64,000 bases of DNA, from positions 220,094 to 284,093 of the forward strand of contig CAVUZH010000015.1 of NCBI GenBank assembly GCA_963745835.1. The letters are read 5' to 3'. The notes beneath the pieces are model-generated. The model did not search any database. It had not been told where the DNA came from and saw nothing but the letters and a program-made list of their open reading frames with translations. Shown piece after piece: positions 26,501 to 37,900 of the stretch. Source of the DNA: an uncultured delta proteobacterium (GTDB lineage Bacteria > Desulfobacterota > Binatia > UBA9968). Each line of letters begins with the position of its first letter. Within the stretch, counting starts at the first letter, position 1. The position numbers were made by a program, and so were the translations under genes.

Positions 26501-29500
26501 GGAATACCTTCGCGCAGCAGCGGCGCCGCGAGCTTGTCTGGCGCGGCTCCCGCCGCGACTACCCGTGCTATCGAGCTCCGGGAAATCTGTTTCAGATTCG
26601 GCCTCGATGTCATGGATGTGAATCGTTTGACGTTCGACCATGGCCCGCCCGGTGTACTGAGGACCGACTCGATCGGAAACGATGCGACCGGGTCGGAATC
26701 GATCCGTAATATCGCTACTCGCTGCAGAACGTCGCCATCGGGACGATAGATCACGGCGTCTATCGAGTCACACAACCGCGCCGCGCTTGCCGCTATGGCA
26801 TCCAGCACCGGCTGAATATCCGTCGGCGAGCTGGCGATGACGCCAAGAATTTCACTCGTCGCAGTCTGCTGCTCCAATGACTCCTTGAGTTCTTGGAACA
26901 GCCGCACGTTCTCGATCGCGATGACAGCCTGGTCGGCAAAGGTTTCGAGAAGCTTGATCTGCGCCGGGGTGAAGGGGCGAACCTCGGTGCGACGCGCGGC
27001 CAAGTATGCCAACGAGTTCCCCCTGCTGACGAAGGGGAACGAATAACATGGTGCGCCAATTGCCGGCCGACACCCATTGTCGGGAACTCGTTCTGCGCCC
27101 GAACGTCAGGAACGTGAAGGTGCCATGATCGCGCAGCCAACGATACTGCGGTTCATCAATACTGATCTCGACCCGGCCAATGGGTATCGGACCAAAATGA
27201 GCCCGCGGTAACCAAAATACTCCCCTCGCGGAGTCGCAGCAGCACGTCATCGATTCCGCAAACCCTGCGCCGCGCTCTCGACGATCGCATCGAGCACCGG
27301 CTGCACGTCGGTCGGCGAGCGGCTGATGATGCCGAGCACCTCGGCGGTCGCCGTCTGATGCTCCAGCGCCTCGCGCAATTCTGCATTGCGTTCCTGGATT
27401 TCCTTGAACAGCCGCACATTCTCGATGGCGATGACGGCCTGATCGGCGAAGGTTTTCAGAAGAGCAATTTGCTTTTCGGTAAAGGGAAGAACCTCCGGTC
27501 GGCGGATATGAATTGCTCCGATCGCAAGCCCTTCGCGAAGCAATGGCGTCGACCAGAATAGTACGGATGCCGACTGACCGAACCGCTTCAGAAAATTCCG
27601 CTAGAGAGTCCGCGGCTCAAAAGGTCATGGATATGCACGGTTTCACCATCGATCATTGCCCGGGCGCTCGGTATCGAACGAGTCAGCGGTCTCCTTCCTT
27701 CGGACAGGGGTACAGGAATCGAACCTTGCGACGCGACAAGCCAAAAGTTGGCGCCGTCACAACGCCAGATTGCCGACTCGCTAGCTTCGCACAGCCGTGC
27801 GGCGCTTTCGGCAACGACATCCAGCACCGGCTGAATATCCGTCGGCGAGCTGGCGATGACGCCCAAGATTTCACTCGTCGCTGTTTGCTGCTCCAACGCT
27901 TCCTTGAGCTCGTTGAATAATCGTACGTTCTCATGCGCAATCACCGCTTGATCGGCGAAGGTTTCCAGCAGTTTGATCTGCGCAGGGGTGAACGGGCGCA
28001 CCTCCATGCGACGCGCGAACAGTGCTCCAATGAACTCCCCCTGCTGACGAAGAGGAGCGGCCAAGAAGGTGCGATATCGGGTGCCGGAAGCCATCGTTGG
28101 GAAATCGTTTTGCTCTAGGGCGTCGCGAACGTGAAGCGTGCCATGCTCGCGTATCCAGTGAAAGTGTGGCTCATCAATACTGACTTCGACGCGGCCAATT
28201 GGTATTGAACCAAAATGAGCCCGTGGAATTACCGCGTCACCCTCATTGAGCCGCAGCACCACGTCATCGATCCCACAAACCTGCGCGGCGCTCTCGACGA
28301 TGGCATCGAGACCGGCTGCACGTCCGTCGGCGAGCGGCTGATAATGCCGAGCACCTCGGCGGTTGCCGTCTGATGCTCCAGGGCCTCGCGCAATTCTGCA
28401 TTGCGCTCCTGGAGTTCTTTGAACAGCCGCACGTTCTCGATAGCGATCACCGCCTGATCGGCAAAAGTCTTAAGAAGCGCGATCTGCTCGTCGGTAAACG
28501 GCCGGACCTCGGTTCGCCGAACACCAGTGCGCCGATAGCCGACACCCTCCCGAAGCAGGGGCGTACCGCCAGCTCCGTATCCGTAGCGCTGCGCATTGCC
28601 TTGCTCGGGAAATTCGGATCTCGACTGACTCTCCATCAGGATCTGCAACAGTCATTCGATCCAGCACCGCGCGCCTCAGCCGGCAACCCGCGACCGGAAT
28701 GGCACGGACTTCCAGGCAGCGGACCTCTCATGTCGACCTGGCATCGGGCCGAAATGAGCGACAACCGGGCACCTGTCCATCGACCGGATGATGACAGCGT
28801 CGTTGGCATCGCACAGCCGGCTGCGCTCCGGCAATCAGCATCCAGTACTGGCTGGATATCCGTCGGCGAACTGGCGATCACACCCAAAATCTCACTCGTG
28901 GCAGTCTGCTGCTCCAATGACTCCTTGAGTTCCTGGAACAGCCGAACGTTCTCGATGGCGACAACAGCCTGATCGGCAAAGATCTTGACCAGCTCAATCT
29001 GCCGCTCCGTAAATGGTTCAACAAAGTTACGCCATATCGTGAGACTACCAATCGGTGTTCCTTCTCGTAATAGAGGCACCATCAGCAACGTCCGCGTGCC
29101 GATCGACCGAGCCAAAGCCAGGTGGGCGCGTGGATCGGATTGGACATCAAGGATTTGAACGGATTTGCCTTCGAGAAGGGCTTGACCAGCGGGAATCTTC
29201 GGGCCTGGTGGGAGAGGATTGTCCCTCAGGGCCGTTATCATTTCCGGACTTTCGCCATAGTGGGCAACCACCCGATGGAACTCGCCGTCAAATTGCCGGA
29301 CGTGACCCATAGTGGCACCGCAAAGTTTCGCCGCGTTCGCAATGAGAGTATCGAGAACCGGTTGAAGATCGGTAGGGGAGGAAGCGATGACTCTAAGCAC
29401 TTCACCAGTCGCCGTCTGCTGCTCCAGGGCTTCCGTGACATCTCGGTTGCGCGCTTGCAACTCCTGGAATAAGCGCACGTTCTCGATGGCGATAACCGCC

Positions 29501-30609
29501 TGATCGGCGAAGGTTTTGAGAAGGGCGATCTGTTTATCCGTGAAAGGCCGGACCTCCAACCGACGTATGAGAATCGCCCCGATCGGTACGCCTTCGCGCA
29601 AGAGGGGAGCTGCAAGCGTTGTGCGATGACCAATCTGTTGTTGGTAGCCCTTAATTTCCGGATATTCAGAATCAATCTCTGCCGCGAGGTCATGGACGTG
29701 AATTGATTGCCGGTCAACCATCGCCCGGCCGGCCGGAGATTGTCGATTCAAAGGCGTATGCTCCATCGCGATCAGCAAGGGACCGTATGAAGCCACCCGG
29801 TGCACGACGTCATTCTCCAGTCGAAAGATTTGCGCGTCATAGGATTCACACAGCCTGGCGGCGCTTTCCGCCACAGCATCCAACACCGGCTGGATATCCG
29901 TCGGCGAGCTGGCGATCACCCGCAGAATTTCGCTGGTCGCGGTCTGCTGCTGAAGGGCCTCGGTCAAATCACGATTACTCGCCTGTTGCTCATGGATCAG
30001 CCGGGCGTTCTCGATGGCAATCACCGCTTGATCAGCGAAGGTTTCGAGAAGTTTAATTTGACCATCAGCGAACGGACGCACTTCCTTGCGGCGAATCTGC
30101 AAAGCGCCGACAGCCATGCCGTCGCGCAGCAACGGCGTTACAAGTGTGGTCCTAATCCCAAAAGCTACTCCTCGCGTCTTTGGCGCCGGGAAAATCCGCA
30201 GAGGAGGCGCGAAGATCATGAACGTGAACCGTCTCACGGTCTAGTATTGCCCGGCCAGGAGGTCCGGTCCTAGCTAATTCATATTCCTCGCGTACCAATA
30301 TCTCCAGCGCGTAGGAACGGATCCAAAGTGAGCCGCAAGATATCGGGCAGTGCCATCGACCCGCCACACCAACGCATCGGCCGCATCACATAGCTTGGCA
30401 GCGTGCTCAGCAATTCCGTCGAGCACTGCTTGAAGGTCTGCCGGCGCACGCGCGATTATGCGCAGAATCTCGCTCGTGGCTCTCTGCTGCTCCGCTCGCT
30501 CGCGGATTTCTTGCGCCTGCGCGGCGATCGTCTTCTTGAGCGTCGAGATGGATTCTCCGGAAGTGGAGGCTCGCCGCTTCACATTTTTTTTGGGGGGCTT
30601 CTTATTCAT
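23593..30609 (-). CDS. Poly-GAF histidine kinase HK2 (about 12 GAF + HisKA + HATPase); many indels
   Basis: MNKKPPKK start; repeated GAF linkers; [15 protein letters not shown]; DTGIGI; GTGLGL; ends [12 protein letters not shown]. Confidence 0.85.
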
Positions 30610-30614
30610 GCTGC

Positions 30615-30650
30615 AAAACAAAACCCGGCTGGAAATCCCAGTCCGGGTTT
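30615..30650 (-). terminator. Terminator-like hairpin with U tract just upstream of the HK2 start codon
   Basis: Minus strand AAACCCGGACTGGGATTTCCAGCCGGGTTTTGTTTT then GCAGC-ATG. Confidence 0.6.
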
Positions 30651-30800
30651 ATTTGAGGCATACAGATGACGAGACCGGGAACGACCAGTCTGCAAATCTG
30701 TTCGAATGGTCGGCCTATCTTTAGTTCAATTGAAGCGCCGCCGTCAAGGAACAATTGGAGTTAGCAGATTTCTCGTTGACCCTTTTACGTAATGCATCCT

Positions 30801-32078
30801 TCAGACATAACCTAAACCGCTGGTATGGCGGAGCGAGTCACCTCCTCGAACGAAATTGCACGATGCACAAGACTGGCAGTCGGGTGCACACGATAGGTCG
30901 TGCCGCAGCGTGCGCTCTGGCGGCTCGCGACCCTCAGCCATATCGCGCGCGGCCTTCAGCAATCGCCGGCGCAAAGCGATAATGCCAGCGTCACTGGAGC
31001 CGAGATGCTCTTTGGTGCGGTCTGCAATCGGTCCGTACTGATCTTCCTGGATCGCGATGTCTTCTTCGCGAATACCCCGCATGCCGGTGAAGTTCTCGCT
31101 ACGCTGCTTCTCGCGGTCCAGAAAATAATCATTTTGCTTGTTGGCAACCGGCTCGAAAGTATCTGGATCGACTTCCGCGTAAGCCCCCGTCCACGACTCG
31201 ATAGTGCGGATATCGTCCTCATTTAGAGCCCGATCGGGAAGCCACGTGACAGTGAAGCCAACCATGTTTGTCTCGTCCACTGGTACGGCAGCAGTGAAAT
31301 TGATTGGCGAGCCCGCTTCGCTCGGGATCAGTGTGAATGACGGCATGAGAAACTGAGTGAGTCGCCAGTAGTACTGCTCGGCATCCCAGTTGCGCCGCGC
31401 GCCAATCGCCAATCCGTAGTCCGTGTCCTGGACTAGAAATTTCGGCGCCGAATCTTTCGCGGTGGCGAGCAGCGCCTGGCCGGCGATGGCTGCGTTGAAC
31501 TTCTCCGGCCGGAACTCCCGGTGTAGAAAAGAGACGTGGCTGGAATCCACCTCACCCTCGAGGTTCTGGAGATAATTGCAATGTTGAAAGCGCTTGTGCG
31601 CGTAAACATGACTCTGTGGAACCAGCGTCCACTCCAGTTGCGGCATTTCCGGCATGCTCGCTTGAGGACCCATGTACGCCCAGATCACGCCGCCGGCCTC
31701 GCGGGTGGGATACGCTATCTGATGGATCTTATGTTTGAAGCTGCACTCTGCCGGCTCATTCGGCATGTCGACACACGCGCCGGTCACATCGAATTTCCAG
31801 CCGTGATAGACGCAGCGCAGCCCACCCGCTTCGTTACGAGCAAAAAACAGCGAGGCGCCTCGATGCGGACAGTACCGCGCCAGGAGCCCCACTTTTCCGT
31901 TCGTGTCGCGGAAAGCGATCAAATCCTCAGAGAGGATGCGGAGCCGCACCGGTGCGCAGTCCGGCTTTGGCAGCTCGCGAGAGAGCGCGACAGGCAACCA
32001 GAAGCGCCGGAAGAGCTCGCCCATCGGTGTGCCTGGTGCTGTTCGGCAGAGCATTTCGTTTTCTTCTTTTGATAACAT
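30801..32078 (-). CDS. Rieske [2Fe-2S] oxygenase alpha subunit (phthalate 4,5-dioxygenase/VanA-like); C-terminus probably frameshifted
   Basis: CPHRGASL...CVYHGWKFD Rieske motif; EGEVDSSHVSFLH iron site; EHLGSSD. Confidence 0.95.
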   Translation of the reverse strand: MLSKEENEMLCRTAPGTPMGELFRRFWLPVALSRELPKPDCAPVRLRILSEDLIAFRDTNGKVGLLARYCPHRGASLFFARNEAGGLRCVYHGWKFDVTGACVDMPNEPAECSFKHKIHQIAYPTREAGGVIWAYMGPQASMPEMPQLEWTLVPQSHVYAHKRFQHCNYLQNLEGEVDSSHVSFLHREFRPEKFNAAIAGQALLATAKDSAPKFLVQDTDYGLAIGARRNWDAEQYYWRLTQFLMPSFTLIPSEAGSPINFTAAVPVDETNMVGFTVTWLPDRALNEDDIRTIESWTGAYAEVDPDTFEPVANKQNDYFLDREKQRSENFTGMRGIREEDIAIQEDQYGPIADRTKEHLGSSDAGIIALRRRLLKAARDMAEGREPPERTLRHDLSCAPDCQSCASCNFVRGGDSLRHTSGLGYV

Positions 32079-32123
32079 GGAAAGCTCCTTTCGCGCTTTG
32101 TCCGACTCTAAAATAAAAGATCC

Positions 32124-32606
32124 TTACGCACTCGGACGGATGAATATCGATGACGAAAACGGATGACGGAATATGCTACGGATTGAAACCATCCCTTGCA
32201 GATAGCTCGCGATTCGCTGTCCAATCCCGGGCTGCATGACAACAAATTGCACATCCTCATGACTCACATAACTGGATAACGTTTTACTGAGGCTGCCCGC
32301 ATAGATATCGACCGTGACTATCACGCGCAGTCTGAGCAAAGTCTCGCAGGTACAGAAAACTTTTTGACGTGCTAATTGCATACGCATGCGCGTCGAATAA
32401 CTCTCAGCCATTCTTCTGATGACCAGTGCGGTCTCGATCCCACATTGCGATATCGCAGCATACGCCTGCAGCCATTTGAAGCCGCTCACTGGATGACGGA
32501 CGAGAAAGACGACGCTCGCGCCTGGCTCGGCCACCTCTTCGATGTAAGGCACAATCTCGTCGAGCCGGTCATGTTTCTTTAGTGGAACTATTATTTTTGT
32601 TGCCAT
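32124..32606 (-). CDS. Universal-stress-protein-like hypothetical protein (paralog of 52006-52482)
   Basis: KIIVPL...PYIEEVAEPG..VVFLVRHPV.GF.W...VDIYAGSL...RPFSS; AGGAGG RBS. Confidence 0.65.
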   Translation of the reverse strand: MATKIIVPLKKHDRLDEIVPYIEEVAEPGASVVFLVRHPVSGFKWLQAYAAISQCGIETALVIRRMAESYSTRMRMQLARQKVFCTCETLLRLRVIVTVDIYAGSLSKTLSSYVSHEDVQFVVMQPGIGQRIASYLQGMVSIRSIFRHPFSSSIFIRPSA

Positions 32607-32635
32607 TGTCCTGCCCTCCTTCGATCAACTGACAT

Positions 32636-32652
32636 GGCAACGGTTATGCCAA
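32636..32652 (-). promoter_or_regulatory. Sigma54 (-24/-12) promoter of the USP-like gene
   Basis: TTGGCATAACCGTTGCC (GG-N10-GC). Confidence 0.8.
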
Positions 32653-32749
32653 TCCAGACGATGAATGTTCGGCCAGGCAAGATGGCAATATTGTCGAGCT
32701 ATTTTTTCGAAGATTTCTGAATCGTGGCGAGCGGGAGCAAATACGAACA

Positions 32750-32798
32750 GTAACCGATTGATTACCTCGCCGTAGCGCTTAGGTTACTAATATCGTAC
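32750..32798. promoter_or_regulatory. Candidate upstream activator sites GTAA-N8-TTAC
   Basis: GTAACCGATTGATTAC (32750-32765) and degenerate GTTACTAATATCGTAC (32783-32798); same spacing at the paralogous promoter. Confidence 0.6.
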
Positions 32799-32861
32799 TT
32801 CTGTCTCCTGTGCGGAGAGTTAAACAACAGATCGGTTGGCCGAGATTTGCTTGGTAGACGG

Positions 32862-34218
32862 TTAGACGGTGATAGCTAGCGATTTAAGAAGCCTTAGGAA
32901 ATATTTCTCGTGCAGTCCAAGGAGCCGCGCCGCGGCGGCGCGATTGCCGCGGCAGCGCTCTAGAGCTACGAGAACCAATTCTTTCCGGTAATCTTCCATG
33001 GCGTCACGGTAGGATCGACCATCGATTGTCGGGCGCACTACTGACGCAACAACTCTCGATGGCAAGTCCTGTACCGTAACGCACGGGCCCCTGCCCAGAA
33101 CGATAGCCCTTTCGATCGCGTTGGCCAGCTCGCGGACGTTGCCGGGCCAGTCATACGCACAAAGCTGCTTCAGGGCATCGGCGACAATCTCGGTGAAGTT
33201 CTTTTTTGCCTCTCTTGCGTAATGTTCCATGAAGTGATGCGCCAAAACCGGGATGTCTTCCACTCTTTCTCTCAACGGCGGAAGCGTGATCGGGATGACG
33301 TTGATGCGATGATAGAGATCTTGGCGGAAGCGTCCCTCTTTGACCGCGGTCTCCAAATCGCGATTGGTCGCAGCGATGATTCTAACTTCGACGTGAATCG
33401 GCCTGACGCCGCCGACCCGGTCGAATTCGCGCTCTTGGAGAAATCTTAACAACTTGGTTTGGAGCTCCTGGGACATGTCTCCGATTTCGTCGAGGAAGAC
33501 CGTCCCGCCGTTTGCCAGCTCCATCTTGCCTTTTTTCTGTTGGTCGGCCCCTGTAAATGCTCCCTTCTCGTGCCCGAACAGCTCGCTTTCCAAGAGTTCC
33601 TTCGACAAGCCCACACAATTGATCGCCACAAACGGTTGGCTTTTTCTATCGCTCCAGTTGTGAATCGCGCGCGCAAAAATTTCCTTGCCGGTGCCACTTT
33701 CCCCCAGGAGCAACACTGTCGCTTTGCTGGCAGCAGCCTTGCGCGCGGTCTCAAGGGCTTCCGCCATTTTTTTGCTTTGTCCGACTGATAAGACGGTGGC
33801 GGCTATCGGTTTCTTCCGTGAGTAGCTCCAAGCCGCGTTTCAATCCCTCTCTTTCCAAGGCTTTGCGCACGACGATTTCAAAATGTTTGCCGTCGATAGG
33901 CTTGGTGATGAAGTCATAGGCTCCCTGTTTCATCGCGTCGACGGCATTTTCAATGGAACCGTGGGCGCTGATCACAACGACCGGAAACTTCGCTCCTTGC
34001 TTGGCCAACTCCCGAAGAACCTCAATTCCCCCCATTTTCGGCATCTGGAGATCCAGGAGCATCAGCTCCGGCTCGTGTTTTTTTATCTCGGCTAGAGCTT
34101 CAGGGCCGTCCGCGACCGCCGCAACCGCGCATCCCATAGCCTCCAGTCGCACGCGCAAGAGCCGCCGAGAGGCTCCATCATCGTCGACGATCAGCACCCG
34201 TGTGGCTGTGATTGTCAT
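32862..34218 (-). CDS. Sigma54-dependent response regulator (NtrC family: REC-AAA+-HTH); frameshift near 33780
   Basis: LIVDDD/LLDLQMP receiver; [38 protein letters not shown]; C-terminal HTH. Confidence 0.95.
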
Positions 34219-34271
34219 TTCTGGAAAATTACGCTTTCAGTGTGAAACAAATTATAGCGCTAAGTCCGCTT

Positions 34272-34434
34272 AAAAAATCCGAAATCCAAATATCGAAATC
34301 CGAAACAAAGCGCAGCCAAATAAATCCCAAACTCGGAAAATTGGAAACCCTGCCTGATCGGGCCGTTTTTGAAGATTGAAAGTTTGGAACATTTGAATTT
34401 GTTTCGGATTTCGAAATTCGTGCTTCGAATTTTT
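34272..34434. repeat. Empty (gene-less) copy of the heptamer inverted-end element
   Basis: Left AAATCCGAAATCCAAATATCGAAATCCGAAACAAA; right 34387-34432 matches 16536-16581 at 44 of 46 positions. Confidence 0.8.
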
Positions 34435-34445
34435 GTCCGGAGTCT

Positions 34446-34813
34446 TTACTTTAAATGACGACTGATCTCTGCGAGAAATACGGTTTTGTCGATAGGCTTG
34501 GTAACGTATCCACTGCAACCGGCGGCGAGCGCCCTCTCCCGGTCTCCCGCCATGGCGTAGGACGTAACCGCAATCACTGGTATTTTCGCCGTTGCCGGTT
34601 CGGCTTTTAGCTTGGTGGTGGCTTCGAGTCCATCCATCTCAGGGAGTTGAATGTCCATCACGATCAGATCGGGTGGGTCCTTGGCGAGAATCTCCAACGC
34701 CTCGGCTGCATTGGTTGCTTCAACAACCTCGTAGCCCTGGGACCGCAGCAGAAATCCGGCCAGCCGCCGATTTACCGGGTTGTCTTCAACCAGCAGTATT
34801 TTTTTTCATCCAT
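34446..34813 (-). CDS. Single-domain response regulator (CheY/DivK-like); indel in an A8 run near the start
   Basis: ILLVEDNPVNRRLAGFLLRSQGYEV...DLIVMDIQLPEMDG...VIAVTSYAMAGD...YVTKPID. Confidence 0.9.
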
Positions 34814-34827
34814 AACGATTCTCGATT

Positions 34828-34916
34828 TTCACCGCAGAGACGCAGAGTTCGCAGAGTGTTAAATTTAATCAAATTACTCATTCAATCTGTCAGATCCTCC
34901 GCGCCTCCGCGGTGAA
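34828..34916. repeat. Inverted-repeat element with 20-bp arms built on CGCAGAG units
   Basis: TTCACCGCAGAGACGCAGAG ... CTCCGCGCCTCCGCGGTGAA (17 of 20 complementary); half copy at 51951-51970. Confidence 0.7.
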
Positions 34917-34981
34917 TTATTGGATTTTCGTCATTTAAATTTGTTTCGAATCGGAAATCGAAAATCCAGAATCTAAAATCG

Positions 34982-37900
34982 CTATCGGTCGGCAGCGTAA
35001 AAAAGAATCGGCTGCCCTTTCCAACCTCGCTCTCCAGCCAAATATTTCCCCCATGCATCTCGATGAACTTCTTTGCCAGGGCCAGCCCCAGGCCGGTGCC
35101 CTGCGGTTTTCCGGCTTCGCTGCCGGCCTGTTGAAATTCCAGGAAGATTCTTTCTTGATCTTCCGCTGCGATCCCCGGTCCCGTTATCACCCACCTCTAC
35201 GCACACGAAGCCGTCCTTCCGACCTGTCCGGATCCAGACCTTTCCCCCTTCGGGAGTGAACTTGATCGCGTTACCGACGAGATTCAAAAGCACCTGCTTA
35301 ACACGTGCCCCATCCATCGAGAACGGAGCCAAGCGCTCGTCACTGTCAATGCGGAGCTGGATCCCTTTCTTCGTTGCGAGGGACCGCATCGTATTGGCAA
35401 CGGCTTCCACGACATCCTGCATCAGCGCCCTGTCGATCTGCAATTCCATCTTTCCGGCTTCGATCTTCGCGAGGTCGAGAACTTCATTAATCAGTCCGAG
35501 CAGATGCTTCCCGCTGCCCAAGACATCCGTCAGGAACTGCATCCGTTCTTCCTCGCTAACCCGGAGCGCGGGATCCAGCAAAACTTCCGAGAAGCCGATG
35601 ATCGCGTTGAGTGGCGTGCGCAGCTCGTGCGACATATTGGCGAGAAACTCCGACTTGTGGCGATTTGCGGCTTCGATCTGCCGGCCCTTATCCTCGATCT
35701 CGCTGAATAACCGCGCATTTTCGATGGCCACTTTAGATTGGCTGGCCAGCGCCGTAAGGAGGTTGACCACGCGATCATCGAACGAGCCCGGCGAGCGGCG
35801 CAGCAGGACAATTCCGCGGGTTACTCCGTCGCCTCTCATGGGAACCGTGAGCACGGAAAGAAAGCCCGCCTTCAGAGTAAAATCCCGAAACGGATGGCCG
35901 TATGCATTCGTCATGTCGGGAACTTGTATCGGCTGCCCGCGGTCGGCGGCTTGACCAATGGTTGTCTTACCAAGGTCGATCGTCGTTGTTTGAACGGACT
36001 CTAAAAATTCGCGGCTCAAGTTGTGGCTCGCCACCACGTCAAACGCATGGCGTACCGGATTGAACTCAAAGATCCCGCAGCCATCCGATTTGGAGAGATT
36101 TACCGCATGGCCGGCAACCCTACTCAACACCTCGTGAAGGTTCAGAGACGAGCTGACCGCCCGGCTTACTTCACTGAGAGCGCCCACCTCCTCGAGAGAA
36201 AGTTGAAGCTCGCGGGTGCGCTCCTGGATCTCCTGGAAAAGGCGCACGTTCTCGATGGCGATTACAGCCTGGTCGGCAAAGGTTTTTACGAGCGCAATCT
36301 GTTTGTCGCTGAACGGGCGTACTTCCCGGCGCCACGTCGTGATAACCCCGATGAGTTTATCCTCGCGAAGCATGGGAACGGATAAGACCGTACGGACGTT
36401 TTCCTTTTCGTAAAGCTGACGCGGTTGCGGAGAAAAGGCTTGATCGGACAACAGATCACTTACATGCACTGTCCTGCGCTCTAAAGCAGCCAGCCGAGTC
36501 GTGGTCTCGCGGCTTGGGCGTGGTCGGCTGTGTTCGAGATGCTCGGCAAACTCCTGCGTCGTCCCGTGGCTCGCCGCCGTACTAAGGACTTCGCCGTCAT
36601 ACAAGAAAAGTGAGGCGATATTGGCCTCACACAAGCGCGTGGTGTTGGCGAGAATCGCTTCGTAAACCCGCTCCAGCGCGATCGGCGAATGTGCGATTAC
36701 ATTCAAAACATCGCTGGTCGCAGTCTGCTGCTCCAGAGCTTCAGTCAGTTCTCGGTTCCGCGATTGGAGTTCCTGAAGTAGACGGACGTTCTCAATGGCG
36801 ATCACCGCCTGATCCGCGAAAGTTGTGACCAGATCAATCTGCCTCGCGGTAAAAGGCCTGGCATCCGTTCTGGCGATGACAATGACACCGATCGGAACAC
36901 CTTCTCTGAGCAAAGGCACGCCGGTTATCGCTCTGAAGCACTCGATCTGCTCAACATAATGATATTCCGAATCAGCTCTAGCGTCGGATATGTGAACTAC
37001 CTGGCGCTCTAGCACAACTCGGCCTGTGACCGTTCCTCGTCCAATGCGCGGGGGATTTCGTTTAATGAAGTCTAGCAACTCGGGGGAATGGCCATACGCA
37101 GCCCCCAGAGGCAAGTTGTCTCCTTCCACTCTGTGGATAGACGCAATTTGTGCCTCGCAAAGCCTGGCAGCATTCTCGATGAGAGTTTGAAGCACCGGCT
37201 CAAGATCAAACGTCGAGCGACTTATGACCTTCAAAACCTCGCTCGTAGCGGTCTGCTGTTCCAATGCTTCGCTAAGGTCGCGGTTGCGAGCTTGCAGCTC
37301 CTGAAACAGCCGGACATTTTCGATCGCGATCACCGCCTGGTCGGCGAAGGTTTCGAGGAGCTTAATCTGTTTTTCAGAGAAGGGCCGGACCTCCATCCGG
37401 CGAATCAGGATCGCGCCGATGGGGACGCCCTCACGGAGCAATGGAGTCGATAGCGTCGCACGTTGGCCCGTGGCTTGTTGGAGACCCTTCGCCCCAGCGA
37501 ATTCGCCATCAACCTCTGCCGCGAGGTCTTCGACGTGAATAGTTCGGCGATCAAGAACGGCGCGACCGGCGACGATGTCACGGCGGACCGGCACGCCCTC
37601 TGCTCGTACGCTCGAAGGCACGGTAATGGATCCACGTGAAGCAATTATACGGAGGACATCGCCATCGACGCGTAGGATTTGCGAATCGCTGGCCTCACAC
37701 AGCCGAGCGGCATTTTCTGCGACCACATCCAACACCGGCTGGATATCCGTTGGCGAGCCGGCGATCACGCGCAAAATCTCGCTCGTTGCGGTCTGTTGCT
37801 CCAGCGCCTCGCTTAGATCGCGATTTCGGTTTTGTAGTTCTTGCAGCAAACGGGTGTTCTCAATGGCAATAACGGCCTGATCGGCAAAGGTCGTGACCAG

